This document shows, piece by piece, positions 39,663 to 54,394 of a DNA stretch of 64,000 nt. Position numbers and translations under genes: made by a program. Each line of letters opens with the position of its first letter. Position 1 is the stretch's first letter. The stretch is from positions 362,948,001-363,012,000 of the forward strand of contig OZ024740.1 in NCBI GenBank assembly GCA_964016885.1. The letters run 5' to 3'. The notes under the pieces are model-generated. The model ran no database searches, was not told the origin of the DNA, and saw only the letters and a program-made list of their open reading frames with translations. The DNA is from Eledone cirrhosa (taxonomy: Eukaryota).

Positions 39663-41640
39663 GCATGTGAAACCCACCGCCTAAGCAACTTCCTAAATAT
39701 TCTGCTTAAACCTTTCCTAAAACACATAAAAAGCTTCATATTGGAGGACCATGACATGCTCAACCACCTGCCAACAACACTTAATAATGAACATACCCTA
39801 CTTGTAACCTTTGATGTCATCAATCCATATTCCAATATCCCACACAACCTAAGTATAGAGGCAATACAATTCTGGCTTGAAAATATTTCTAGTGAACTTC
39901 CACAGCGCATCTCTAAAGAATTTGTATTGGAGGGCTTCAAATTTATCTTGGAAAACAACTTCTTCGAATTCGATGCCAAACACTACAGACAGAAATCTGG
40001 GACTGCCATGGGCACAAAAGTAGCCCCTTCATAAGCCAACCTTGTCATGGTATATTTGAAAACCACTCTCTACCGCAAAGTTCTAGACAAATACGGTAAC
40101 CACTTCTACCTACACAGAAAAAAACTGGAAGAGATATCCGGACGACTTCTTCATCCTCTGGCATGAAAGTTTAGAAAGACTGATTGAGTTTAAAGCCCTT
40201 CTAAATGGACTCAACACAAACTTACAATTTACAATGGAATACAGCCATGAACAACTCCCTTTCCTCGACATCCTCATCAAGAACACAAACAACAAAATAG
40301 AAACAAAAATATACTACAAACCCACAGACTCCAAACAATATCTTCCATTTAACTCGTGCCACCCACGCCATACCAAAATGGCAATTACTTATAACATAGC
40401 CAGAAGGATCTGCACAATTGTTTCAGATAAATACACATGCTACACACGACTAGAAGAATTAAAGAACACACTTATCAGCAGAAACTACACACCATCCCTA
40501 ATCAACAATGGATACCAACGTGCCCTAAAACTCAACATCCAGGAACTCAGACACCCCAAACCCAGGAATGAACCGAAACAGAAATTCTACCATGCATCTC
40601 CACACACAACCCCCTCAACAATGAGGCATTCGACACCATACTCCAAAACATCCCTTTACTAAAAGAGACCCAAGAATGAACGAAATCCTCCAAACACACA
40701 ACATCATAAAGAGCAAAATCCATAAAAAACATCCTCACACAAGCCAAAATCCAACCAACCCCCACGATGAACCCTACAGTAAAAGAATGCGGAAGGCCCA
40801 ACTGTGGTATATTCATAAATCTAATAGAAGGTTCAACATTCCACTTTAAACAAGGACAACATTTCACAGTTAAATCAACTTACATGTGCATCTGAAAACC
40901 TAATCTATGTTTTGACCTGCTCAGGTTGTCGAGAGCACTACATAGGACAGACAAAAAACAGCCTCCGACAACGTATGACCGTCAATCGATCACAAATCAA
41001 AATACAGGAATACAGAAAGATTTCTTTTAGTGAAAATATCGCCAATTGTGCACCTAACCAACATCCAAATTTAAAAATTTTCCCCATTTACAAATTCATA
41101 GACAACGCTTCATTCATCCATCGTACCAATAAGGAAACGTACTTCATTAACAAATTCCAACCTCTACTTAATGGACTAAACTTCCGACTAAACTAAAACT
41201 GGAACGAACAATGAACCAAAGCCTCAATTCCTATGGTTTCTAAAGAGTTACCTCCTTTACACCTTACCTAATCCTTTTTCTTATATGAATTACCCCCTCT
41301 CATCCCTCTCTCTCGCCTCCCTGACCACCCTGAATTACCCCCCCCCCCCCTACATATTAACGCTCTAAAAAGAGAAAACATATCCAACCCCAGACTACCA
41401 TTTGCCTCCATCATGGACCAACCAAGCGCACTTGCCATAATAACACTTTTTGAACTGCTTATCCTCAAGAGAACTATGCCTGTAAATAATATTATTCTTT
41501 CTTTCCCATTTCCTTAACATGTTCAACATCACATTATCTTCTCTCCAACATTATACCAATATAAATTCCCCCTTTGATAATGCATAACATGCTGAAACCG
41601 GTAATAGACAATTATTAAATAAATAAATAAATAAATGCCA
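39662..41640 (+). mobile_element. 5'-truncated PLE (Neptune-like; RT plus GIY-YIG) with stops and frameshifts
   Basis: LVTFDVINPYSNIPH; GTAMGTKVAPS; RYPDDFFILW; LPFLDILI...YYKPTDSKQYLPFNSCHP; CGRPNCG linker; NLIYVLTCSGCREHYIGQTKNSLRQRMT. Confidence 0.95.
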
Positions 41641-41793
41641 TTGTTAATTAATAAATAAATTAACTAATACCTTAACACTTCACACAAAGTAAAATATTTT
41701 GTTTTAAACATTTTCTAACCCAGAAAAAAGAGAGAAAGGAAAAATAAGAGGAAAAGAAATATTTTTCTTCCTAATAATCGTCTTTTTGTCCTT

Positions 41794-41877
<84 letters not shown>

Positions 41878-41915
41878 TATATATATATAATATATATAAT
41901 ATATATATATATATA

Positions 41916-41991
<76 letters not shown>

Positions 41992-42234
41992 CATATCACA
42001 ACTAGTTATCGTTCTACATGGCTTCAGAAAATATCATATATTTTCACTAGCGCTGACAGCAGGCAGGTAAGCAGGAAACTGCACTAATGAAGGGTAATCA
42101 CCCAGAACCATTAGTCTCTGCAGTTCTACTTGCATGCCAGCACAAGAGCGAGAATGAGGAGATCATTCTACTGACATGGCTTATAAATGAGGCTGTTTGC
42201 ATAATTGCAAACGAATCGAATATTATTATAATAA

Positions 42235-42420
42235 GGGCCGGCAGAATCGGTAGAGGGTCGGACACAATGCTTTGACGCATAGAGTTACATACCTTTATGT
42301 TCTGAGTTCAAATCCCGCCGAGGTTAACTTTATCTTTCATCCTTACGGGATCGGTAAAATAAAGAACCAGTAATGTACTGGCTAATTGCTGGCCTTGTGC
42401 CTAAAATAGAAACAATTATT
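42235..42420 (+). mobile_element. SINE family A
   Basis: Consensus head, B box GAGTTCAAATCC, core and tail. Confidence 0.85.
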
Positions 42421-42446
42421 AATATTCTAAAAACTCATATCACATT

Positions 42447-42533
<87 letters not shown>

Positions 42534-42604
42534 CAATGCGGTAAAAAGTATATAAAACCAACTTGCATACTGCGGTGTTGGTATACAACCAACATATACA
42601 CAAA

Positions 42605-42708
<104 letters not shown>

Positions 42709-43069
42709 CATCCATACATATACATACATATATATATATGCACATCCACACGCATTCGTGTGTGTGTGTAAGTGTCTGTGTGTGGGTGTGTGCGTTTGTG
42801 CGCCTGGTTGTGAGTACGCGAGTTGGCTCGAAGTGTAAACACGGATATATTGAGAGCGTGTCTAAAAAACTTTCTATCCGGAATAACTCTGCGTCATAGG
42901 GAAAGTCGCCAAAATAATTATATTGATAGATACAGTGAATAGGCATTATCTAAGCTGAGTTCAATTTGTTAAATAATTGCTTCTTTCCTACAAACATATC
43001 AAATTATCTGATCTCGTCATAATATTTAAGATTTATTGATGTAAATTTCATGTAGATTATCTGATATAC

Positions 43070-43147
<78 letters not shown>

Positions 43148-43302
43148 ATGTATATATAATATATCTATATAGATACATATATACACATATATATATATAC
43201 ATATATATATACATATATATATACACATATATATACATATATATATACATATGTATATACATATATATATATACATATATATACATATAGATATATATAC
43301 AT

Positions 43303-43914
43303 ATGGTGGCTGCCAACTCGTTTTCGAGTACGGCCACTACTTTATATCCATGTAGGAGAACCCCTACCGAAGCGCTGAACGAGTGTGACTTTTTAGTCCA
43401 GCCAGCGACTTGAAAACTCTGGTACAAACACTACACTTGTGACAATTATTGACACATAGTGCTGGGCCCATGGTACCATGTGAGGACAAGTGCAGAGAGA
43501 TCTCCAGATATAAAGCAATGCCTGTGCCGTGAAGCTTTTATAGTGAGCAAAGGCACTGCACAAAGCCAGTCCCACTCTCTTAACCAAGATGATATTTACC
43601 AAAAAGAAGAACAAGTCAACATCATTGGATACCATCAGGGTTGCAGGTGTTATATCAGAGTTTTCCTTCTCCTAGAATTCTGCCTTGACAAAGGCTAAGG
43701 GGTCATCTCTCCCGGTGATTTTGGATGGCCATTGACTCTTAAGAGCTCCTTTGACCTTTGACAGGTTTTGTTTTTAGTCCTGCAGGATGTCCAAAGTCAC
43801 CCTCCTCACCAAGAAACCTTGGTGGGGTTGCCAGTTTAGTCGCCAACGACCCGACCATGAGACAGGTTGTACTGGGATACATGTTACCAGTAGCACCAAC
43901 TGGTGACCTGACAT
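43303..43914. mobile_element. Longer copy of the 28385 repeat, with a GC-richer structured end
   Basis: 43303-43715 matches 28385-28798 and continues about 200 bp to a (TA)n tract. Confidence 0.8.
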
Positions 43915-44013
43915 AATATATACATATACATACATATATACACACATACATATATACACACATACATATATATACATATACATATATATATATATATGTA
44001 TACATATATATAA

Positions 44014-44063
<50 letters not shown>

Positions 44064-44074
44064 ATGTATACATA

Positions 44075-44114
<40 letters not shown>

Positions 44115-44152
44115 AGGGTGTTAAAGTTTGCTTGAAGCATTGTGAAATGTGT

Positions 44153-44409
44153 AAAATACGTAGTTAAGAAAGCCACAACAATGCAGAGGGAAATCTCGAG
44201 GTAGGAAGTGAAAGATAGATAGGAAAAACAGGTGAAAGTGAAAATTGAGAGAGACAAAGATGAAAACAAAACAAAGGGTTAACCCTTCTACCTTTGTTTT
44301 GTTTTCATCTTTGTCTCTCTCAATTTTCACTTTCACCTGTTTTTCCTATCTATCTTTCACTTCCTACCTCGAGATTTCCCTCTGCTTTGTTGTGGCTTTC
44401 TTAACTACG

Positions 44410-44416
<7 letters not shown>
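44153..44416. repeat. Near-perfect fold-back with about 125-bp arms between (TA)n tracts
   Basis: AAAATACGTAGTTAAGAAAGCC...AAACAAAGG and its reverse complement; left flank resembles 59971-60040. Confidence 0.9.
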
Positions 44417-44459
<43 letters not shown>

Positions 44460-44475
44460 ATGTATATATATGTAG

Positions 44476-44582
<107 letters not shown>

Positions 44583-44741
44583 CATACACATATATATACA
44601 TATACATACATATATATATATGCATATACATACATATATATATACATATACATACATATATATATATACATACATACATATATATATACATATACATACA
44701 TACATATATATATATACATATACATACATATATATATACAT

Positions 44742-44782
<41 letters not shown>

Positions 44783-45140
44783 CATACATACATATATATA
44801 CATACATACATATATATATATATATACATATACATACATACACACACATATATATATATATATATATATTAATATAGTTAATATGAAGTATTGTGAGTTA
44901 GGTAATAAATGATTGATACGTATTCAGAAAGCCGGTACAGTGCGGTAAAAAGTATATAAAAGGCAAAGGATGACAAATAAAACAAAACAAATAATGTTTT
45001 TCTTACCCTTCAGCATAAAAACCCTCTTTACAAATGCAAAACAAACATGATGTAAAACAAAAACGAACGGTTTGTTCTTCCTTCACTGGTCCAAATGTCT
45101 GGTTTGCGCATGCTTGGAGCATCCATAGAAGCATAGAAGC

Positions 45141-45199
<59 letters not shown>

Positions 45200-45204
<5 letters not shown>

Positions 45205-45836
45205 AACGGAAAAAATGAAACGAAATTACGGCTGTTACTTAAATATAAGTATGTACATGTACATACATATATGTATACAGACGTACAGTAGTATGTATAT
45301 ATATATATATACATACATGCACACATATATATATATATGTACGTATGGATTCACCGAACATTTATTATAATGCTCGGTGTGTTTGTAAACAAACATCCCG
45401 TATTAAGCCGTAGTGTCCACCAACCATCGTTGCTCGTTTGTTCAACACTAACAAAATGAAATTTCGTTTCATTTTTTTCCGTTTATCGTTTTCGGTGCAC
45501 CCGGCCGATTAACCCACTCGATATGCAAATTGGGCTACTAAGCCGTTAATAAGGTAAGTATATACGTTCAACAATCTGGCAGGAAGGTATACGTTGCAGA
45601 CGATAGCTAATAAGCTTGAAACTAGTACAGCGTTCCTTTGTCAGTGTTGAACAAACGAGCAACGATGGTTGCTGGACACTGCGGCTTAATACGGGATGTT
45701 TGTTTACAAACACACCGAGGATTATAATAAATGTTCGGTGAATCCATACGTACATATATATATGCGTGCATGTATGTATATATATTTACATACTACTGTA
45801 CGCCTGTATACATATATGTATGTACGTGTACATACT

Positions 45837-45840
<4 letters not shown>
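45200..45840. mobile_element. Fold-back insertion of the 39100-39470 family with an HHR copy at 45591-45633 (CAGACGA core mutant)
   Basis: 45245-45455 is the reverse complement of 45637-45840; ACGTTG-CAGACGA-TAGCTAATAAGCTT-GAAA-CTAG-TA-CAGCGT. Confidence 0.8.
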
Positions 45841-45873
<33 letters not shown>

Positions 45874-46301
45874 ACAAATATAATTTCAGCAAGATCGTAT
45901 TTCGTTCGTGGTCAAAAACAAACTGAAACGCAATTTTCGAGATATGCGGCAAGCGCTCAATGAACTAAAAAGAAGACGAGAGCAATTAACATACGTTATA
46001 GAGGCCAGACAAACTGAAAACGGCGGTCATGAAGCTATCAGCCACCGGAGCCCAAAAAACGAAGCAAGCTAAACAGGTTAAACAAAAGCATTTACCTGGA
46101 CCTCCTGGAAACTAATGGTATAATCCAGTGTGAGGTTTCTGTGACACCTAAATCAATTATACTGTTTGCTTTCATTGTATGGTTTTGGTATAACGATCGA
46201 ACAAGGCTGTCATTTAGTCAACAGGTATTTTGTCCTCAGCCGACGAGCAGGTTCCAATGCATTAGTAGTGTTGGAGTGATTACCCCACGTGTTTACCCTG
46301 C

Positions 46302-46484
<183 letters not shown>

Positions 46485-46486
46485 AA

Positions 46487-46540
46487 TGGCTTCTACAGGA
46501 CTAGAACTGTTTCATTCGGAGGAAACCATCAGAAAAGCCA
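46487..46540 (-). ncRNA. Hammerhead motif of the 30.6-kb family (CTGATGG mutant) in a small fold-back
   Basis: Minus strand: TGGCTTTT-CTGATGG-TTTCctccGAAT-GAAA-CAG..CTG-TA-GAAGCCA; 46570-46650 matches the reverse complement of 30495-30575. Confidence 0.6.
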
Positions 46541-46650
46541 AATGAAACAGTTCTAATCATGTAGAAGCCATTTCTATATTAAATATTTATACTCTGCTAT
46601 GTATTGAGTACCTTACTTACTGTGGTTACCCCCGATTGAACCCGGGATAA

Positions 46651-46741
<91 letters not shown>

Positions 46742-49700
46742 TAACAGATTAAAGTTTAAGCAAAGAATCGCTCTACGGTTCTTATATATTTGATATATAT
46801 TTATCCTTATCGAGCCCTCTTTGGATTTTAGTCTTCAAATGTATTATGTGTGTGTGTGTGTATGTGTGTGTGTATATACTTTTATGAATTACATTGATTA
46901 ATAGGGATATAAATATTTATACATTATTTATTTTGTGTGAATCTGTCTGAACATTAACACGAATTTCTACATAACATAAATGTTTATATGGAGACATGTT
47001 AGAGTTGTGTTTCTATATAACCAGACATATAGATATAAGATGTACATAGATACTTACAAAACTCCGTATACTAGCCATTTATTACTCAACCTTTATGCAT
47101 ATTAATTTAACCGAAGTATTGCCAAATGATCAAGAATCTCACTTCACAATCATAATGACCTGGATATGATCCCACTGTGTGGTATTTTGGGCTAGTATTA
47201 CTTACCACAGGTTCGGATCGACTCAAGTCTTTTACGTGACACAGGGCATATAAAACTCCGTGAAAACCCCTGAGTTCGATTCCCACAAGCACGTTGCATC
47301 CTTCACCCAGATACTTTATTTCACATTGCTCTAGTCCATTAAGCTTGATAAAATTAGTTTCTATCTGTAATTCAGAGGGTCAGGCTTGACTGTATCATTC
47401 TGTATCTCCTTCATAATTGCATTAAGGGCACATATATCTGTTGAATGCTCAGCCACGAGCACGCTGTTCAGTTGATCAATCAATTGAAACATTCATCATC
47501 TTAACCGGCGTAGGTTCAACACACACTGCATATGTATTGCCATTCGTTATTATGGTATTTTTTCATATAACATATTAGCATGACGGTATTGTCAGAGAAT
47601 CGGATTAAATGCCACCACATTTGTTCTGGTTCTCTGCAATCGGTGTTCAAATTTCATCTACGGTCAACTTTGCTCTTCATCTTTCGGTATCAATAAAAAA
47701 AAGAAACAATCTAGAAGCGGTGATTTGGAGAAATTGTAAAAGAGTCCGTCGGAATGTTTTGCGGTACCTGCTCTGTCTCTGACTCGTTTTGAGTTCAAAT
47801 TCTACCGTCTACTACTGTAAAAGCAGTGACGCTTCTCTCTGAAGTTACGACCAGCAAATAGTATAACCAGTAAACTGACCAGCCTCTCGTGGGAAGTAAT
47901 TGGCCTAAAAAAGCGATCACGAATATTCTCAAATAGCAATTGAAATATCTTTATGACTATTCCCACAGCATTGGGGGAATTGTGCCTCTGTCAGAAATTA
48001 TTGCAATTATAATAGTGAGGATGGTGAATTAGTAGAATTGTTAGAGCGTCGGACAATATGATTTGTGATATTTGTTCTGGTCCTTAACGTTCTAAGTCCA
48101 TATACAGCCGAGATCAACTTTTTCTTTCATCCTTCCAGAATCGATAAAATAAAATACCAGTAAAGTTGATATAATCAAATTTACCTTCCCATAAATTGCT
48201 GGCCTTGTGCCCAAATTATATGCTAAATTATATGCTAAATTGTATGCTAACACTGCGCTGCGTGTTTTGTGTATATGCAAAGTCATGATTTTGTATTGTC
48301 GTTTCTATCTTATTGGGTATATGCAGTGCATATTATTGCTATTTTCTGTATGTTCTACATTCATGTAGTCCTACGGGTTTGGACTGATGTAGTGTTATTT
48401 TGGTATTGTAGTTTCTATTATATTAAATGCATGCAGTGCCTATAGTGTTATTTTCTGTATGTTTTGCATATTTGTAATTTCTGGGAGGTTTGGTTATGTA
48501 TTTGTTTGACGTCAGATGATGTAATGATACGCAAGTAAATACTGATAACCGAAATACAAAAGAAAATATCTTCATAAGCTACCAACATGCTAGCCAACCA
48601 GTCAATCAGCCAATGAATCAACCAATTAGTACAAACAACATACGGAACATAATATATCTATTGATGACCTACCTTGTGTAAATTAGCTGTTACGTGACGG
48701 AAAAAGTATGATTTACTAATTACAGAAGAGAGGGAAGAACGACAGAGGCAGAGAGGGCGGTAGAAAGATGATAGGCGAAATAGATAAATAGATAGACAGG
48801 TAAATCGATAGAGGAAGGGAGACGAGACAAGAGTAGATATAGATAGATAAAGAGGGAGAGAGAGGTTAGAGATAGTAACGCGAAGGAAAGGTGTGAAGGA
48901 AAAAAAAAAGAGAAAGAAAGAGAACGAAAATGTGTGTGCATGCGTGTGTGTGTGTATATATTGTGTGTGTGTGTGCGTATACTGTGTGTGTGTGTGCGCG
49001 TGATAGAGTGAAAAAGTCAAAGACTAATTTAAGGTGTCAATTTACATAAAACTACTTTGCCCTACGCAACAGTTTAATGATACTGAAAACACTTATGACA
49101 TAATAGTGAAGATGGATTAACACCGTACAAAGTTCAAATTCGTGATAAGAGAACTTTTGGGATAAGGCCACAATAGGTGCCCGAACATTAATAGAAACTG
49201 TTTATATTAAGATAAATGAAACCTGATTCATTTATCTATTTATGATGGGTTAAATATTTTCTCAGTTGAATCAGCAATACGGTTTCCATTCTCGTTTGAA
49301 TCCGTTTCAAGATACCTAAGCTGATATGGCTTCTGCGAAAGACCAGTAAATATCAAAACTAATGCAGAAAACCCAGTGTAAAAGTATATAGAATGCTCTG
49401 CCTGATCAAACAATATTTAAACTAGTTCATATTTCTCAAGGTGAAGGAGCACGCCTCACCTGTGAAACATGGCAATATTTTGGTGGGCCCATTGTTTGGT
49501 ATCTTAGGCAAATGTTATTTATCATAGCTTTGGATGGAGCCATGTCTTGTGAGTGATATTAGATAGACGGAAGCTGTTTGGAAGCCCGCCAATTTACTGT
49601 ACTTGTAATTCAAAGGGACAGCCTTATCCCACATTGAACCACGATGAATCTCTCTGAGTTTAAATAAAACGTACTCGTGTCAGTGGAATGCTCTATCACA

Positions 49701-50486
49701 TGTTAATTTCATGATCAGGCTGTTACATTGATCAAACAATTGGAAAACTCATCGTCTAAACTAACGGAGGTCCATTCCATTCCATATTCTATGGTATATT
49801 TAGGCTCTATACTTTGAAGAGTAGAATCGAAATTAGATTTGGGACAGAGAAAATTCAGAACCGCTTATCGTGTGCGTCCCAATGCAAATGAATATAATAA
49901 CTGATGCACCTGGAGACCGAAAAACGGACAGAGGCGCCTATGAAGAAGCAAATCCTACATCTGTCCACTTTTATCTGTCCCCAAGTTACCTTAACTGATT
50001 TTCCCAACTATTATTTATTGTGTTCTTCTATTGTTATTATTATGGTCATTTGCGATGGGACGAACACATTTGTAATTTTCAACATTTCCCAATGTTTCTT
50101 AGATCAACCATTGTTTAATGTTTTTTACTTTATTCTTTATTCATTTTATGTTTTTATTAGATACTTTCTAATAACATTATGAACAAAGCCAGCTAGAAAT
50201 ATGAGGGGAGGAAGTAGTTGATTAAAAGGGTCTCAGTACTTGAATAGTATTTTATTTCAACGAGCCTGAAATCATGACAGGCATAGTTGACCTTGGTGGG
50301 ATGTTAACAAAAAAGGTTATAGGTCAAAATAAATTTCACACACAAAGCAGGGGTTGACCCGAGGCAAATAATAAGTGAAAATTGCACAAGATGCCACGCA
50401 GTGGGATCGAAGCTGCGTCCTAATGATTGTGAAGCGAACTTCTAAACAATTCGGCCTTGCTACCTCCACCATGACAAGAACATAGG

Positions 50487-50680
50487 CAGACCAGTCAACT
50501 CTCGCCGTTGGACGTGGAGATCTCCCACCCACTTTGGGGTGGGTTAGATATCTATGCTCTTGTGAAAATGGGTATAACTTTCATTAAGTAAAATCTCCCC
50601 GTTTTGCCCCATTTCTCCCCATTTTGGGGCACTTTTTTCATGCTACTTCCCGTTTGGGTGGTTAGAGGTTGGCAGGTCTG
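50487..50680. mobile_element. MITE with CAGACC(T/A)G(C/T)CAAC TIRs and a 6-bp TSD
   Basis: CATAGG at 50481-50486 and 50681-50686; ends CAGACCAGTCAACTCTC / AGAGGTTGGCAGGTCTG. Confidence 0.8.
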
Positions 50681-50909
50681 CATAGGGCTAACCGAAAATG
50701 CATTCAAATATCACCTATGCCAGTATAGCATCTCACTCTGTGTCTCTCAAGTATAAAACAACACCTTTCTAGACCAATATCTTTCGAGATCAGAGGATTA
50801 ACATATTTCAATTGAGCAATACTGGACAAATCTGACGCAATGAATCAAAGTTTTATCAATTACTCTATTGAGTAACGTTATATCAAATACGTACACCTCC
50901 TACACTTAA

Positions 50910-51129
50910 CCCTGTTGATACCACACCAATGGAATCCGTGTTTCTACAATACAAAACTATTTATTTTAACTGTTTATATTTATCAAAAAACCTTTTAATA
51001 TAATTTTATATAAGAAATTTTGTTATTTTGTGTTCAAAATATCACATAACTTCCAGATTCTTGATAATGTTCAGCATTCTTTGAAAATCATAGGGAATGG
51101 CTTTCATTAGATATATAGTAACGAAAGGG
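50910..51129. mobile_element. Possible piggyBac-type MITE
   Basis: TTAA|CCCTGTTGATACC ... TAGTAACGAAAGGG|TTAG; imperfect TIRs. Confidence 0.45.
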
Positions 51130-51365
51130 TTAGAAACCAGAACTATTTTCTGTAAGTGTAGGTATAACAACATTCTTTATAAAATGATGAAAATGTTTTG
51201 TGGCCTATGTGGAAAGTCGCTTGACGGCACAGAAAACATCTTTTTTAATCTTCTGTCAATTATACTACCATAATAACTGTCTAATATAAATAGTGAATCT
51301 TAAGGTTGGTTATATGAAAAACTTGGTGTGGGTTTGTAATCTGGCTTATAATAAAACAAACACAC

Positions 51366-51415
<50 letters not shown>

Positions 51416-51483
51416 AAAGTCTGCAATGCCGAGAACTGGGCGACTACAAATAAGATTAATACTCTGTGCAATGGAAGGAGCAG

Positions 51484-51579
<96 letters not shown>

Positions 51580-51833
51580 GTTATTATTCTTCTTCTTCTT
51601 CTGGATCTGGCGCATGTCTCGGACATGATTCCCTTAATTTAATTTTGGATATATACACGGCCCCTTCATTGTAGAGCTAATACAGTTGAAAGGACTCGAC
51701 TGCTATTTCTAGCTGTAGATAATCCTATTCACGCCACTGGGATGACGCTGGCACGATGTGTGTAGTTTTAGAAATGCAACACGTGCGACGGGTCATTCGC
51801 AGATTTGCATTTGATGTGTAAACACAGATAGTT

Positions 51834-51934
51834 AAATCTTCTCCCTTGCTGAAGATCCGTATTTTTTACTACTGTGAGTTTACGGATTAATGGTGAAATA
51901 TTTTTATTTAATGAGATATATACAAGGAAGATTT
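51834..51934 (+). ncRNA. Large hammerhead candidate
   Basis: AAATCTTCTCCCTTG-CTGAAGA(51849)-TCCGTA...TACGGA+8 nt-GAAA(51895)-TAT...ATA-TA-CAAGGAAGATTT. Confidence 0.55.
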
Positions 51935-52175
51935 TTAAAAGGTATCTATATTTGAAGTTCTAGTTAAAATTTAATTGGTTACCTACCTAGCTGTGTGTGC
52001 TTACACACTTTACAAATTATCCCCTGTGATTGTTTCATGTGTTTATTTTAGATATATATATATGCCAATCAATTTCTAGTTGATATAAAATGCTCGGATC
52101 TATTCATTTGAATCTTTGAGCATATTCTACGGTGGCTCTGGCGGATGTCTCGGACATGACCCCTTAATTTAATTT

Positions 52176-52223
<48 letters not shown>

Positions 52224-52477
52224 GAGAGAGAGAGAGAGGGGGAGAGTGAGGGAGATAGATAGAATAGATAGATAGATAGATATGTATATATATATATGTA
52301 TATGTATATGTGTGTGTGTACATATATATATATATATATACATATATTGTACAAGAGTTACTTTATCTTAGTTGTTACGTTATACTTTCCTGAGGATAAG
52401 GAGGTTCTAGGGACCAACAGCACTACACGTCAGTAGTTTATCCCAGGTATGTGATAATGAGTGACAGAGTATTTATT

Positions 52478-52985
52478 TATCAAATAATTGTTTCTACTTT
52501 TGGCACAAGGCCAGCAAATACCCAGTGCATTACTGGTATTTTATTTTATCGACCCTGGAAGGATGAAAGGCAAAGTTAACCTCGGCGGGATATGGTAGTT
52601 ATTACGGGATTTAATCGCCATAATTGTTTATTGCATAATATATATTTCTGTTATATGGTTATTCGTGTGACTTCTTCAGATTGCATAACTGCACCAATGA
52701 TTGTGTGAGTATCTGACGAAGTCACATGAATAACTGTGTAACAGAAATATATATTGTGAAATAAACAATTATGGTGATTTAATCCCGTCTTAACTACCAT
52801 TGGCAGTATCGCTAGAGGGTCGGAGGCCATGCTTTCTAGCATAGTTACGTCCCTTTACGGTCAGAGTTCAAATCCCGTCGAGGTTAACTTTGCCTTTCAT
52901 CCTTACGGGGTCGATAAAATAAAGTACCGGTAATGCAATGGGTAATTGCTGGCCTTGTGCCAAAAGTAGAAACAATTATTTGATA
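52478..52985. mobile_element. Fold-back whose arms each contain an HHR-like motif fused to a family A SINE
   Basis: HHR-like motifs at 52632-52685 (minus, CTGAAGA...GAAATATATATT) and 52708-52760 (plus, CTGACGA...GAAATATATATT); SINE at 52483-52591 (minus) and 52800-52980 (plus). Confidence 0.75.
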
Positions 52986-53636
52986 CACACACACACACAC
53001 ACACTGGGTATATATATATATACCCAGGGGGTGTAACTTGGAGTTACTGCAGGTTCACCCGGGAGAGCACTCGATGTTTAGGTTCACTTCTGTGATGAGG
53101 TGTAGAGCTATATATATAATATCCTTCCCTATCATATTTGGATAGATATTATACGGAAATAACTGGTATTTGCTGTGAAAAATAGCTATATAGGAACAGA
53201 TATTTTGATGTAGTAGTGGTAGTGGTAGTAGTAGTAGTAGTAATTTTTTTATTGTTGTTCCTGGTTTTACAGTAATTTATTGTTGTGGGTGCAGTACGGC
53301 CAAGTTCGCTTTACATTCTTAGGTCCCATTGCGTAGTATCTTGGGAAAATCTCATTTACTTCAGGTTGACCCATGTCTTGTGAGTGTGATTGAATAGACG
53401 GTAACTGTTTGGAAACTTGTCAAATAGGTTGTGCCTATAATTCTAACGGACAGCCTGTGTCACGCTGAATCTTTCTGAGAATTACGTTAAGTATATATGT
53501 GTTTCTGGAATGCTCAGTCACTTACACCTTAATTTCCCGAGCAGGCACTTCTCTTGGTTGCACAACTGAAACACTCACCGTTGAAACCAACGGAGGTCCA
53601 TTCCATTACTATTGTTATTGTTATTGCAACAGACTT

Positions 53637-53818
53637 CAGACCTGCCAACCTCTAAAAACTCAAACGGAGAGTAGCATGAAGAAAAGGGCCCCAAAACGGG
53701 GAGAAATAAGATTTTACATAATGAAATCTATACCCATTTTCACAAGAGAAGACATCTCTTACCCACCCCAAAGTGGGTGGGAGATCTCCCCGTCGGACGA
53801 GGAGAGTTGACAGGTCTA
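53637..53818. mobile_element. MITE of the same family as 50487, opposite orientation
   Basis: CAGACCTGCCAACCTC ... GAGAGTTGACAGGTCTA; flanks AGACTT/TCACTT. Confidence 0.75.
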
Positions 53819-54394
53819 TCACTTTCCTAGTGAACTTAATTACCGAAATGTCGATATGACGTCATTCCATTTGCTGTAATGATCTGTAACACTTGAGTCA
53901 ATAAAGGAGGAGGGGTGGCTTTACTCGGTGGTTTTGTATGCTAGAAATCGCGGCAAAGTCTGCAAAAATATTAATATCTTCAAAATGACAGATACATTCG
54001 ATAATGTAATCTTAAATATAATTGGCGCCAGCTCGATTTCGATCATTGTTTGCTTTTAGATTCTTTTAATATTGTTCTTATGATGCCTATGACGAACATG
54101 GCTGGACAGTCACAGTCATTTTTAGAAAGCTGTATTTTTTCAGAAACGTATGACTATATATTTTGTAAGTACAGCTTACTTTGTTAACTATATATTCCGT
54201 TGATGATATAGAATAGCTAAACTAAGCCTTTTGTTTTAATAATATAAAAAAGTGATAAAGAATTTAATGTTTAGTCAAAAATATAGAAAATTTAATGCTA
54301 TAAATGGGAGGAAAACGAAGGAAAAAGTAAGGATTATTTGGCGACAAAAAAAAAAGAAAGGGTAAAGAGGAAAGTGTTACAGATTCTACACCTA

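Noticed and set aside
43790-43914. HDV-like ribozyme on the minus strand (GGGTCGTTGGCGACTAAACTGG)
   Set aside because: P2 and P4-like parts are visible, but P1, P3 and L3 could not be assigned.
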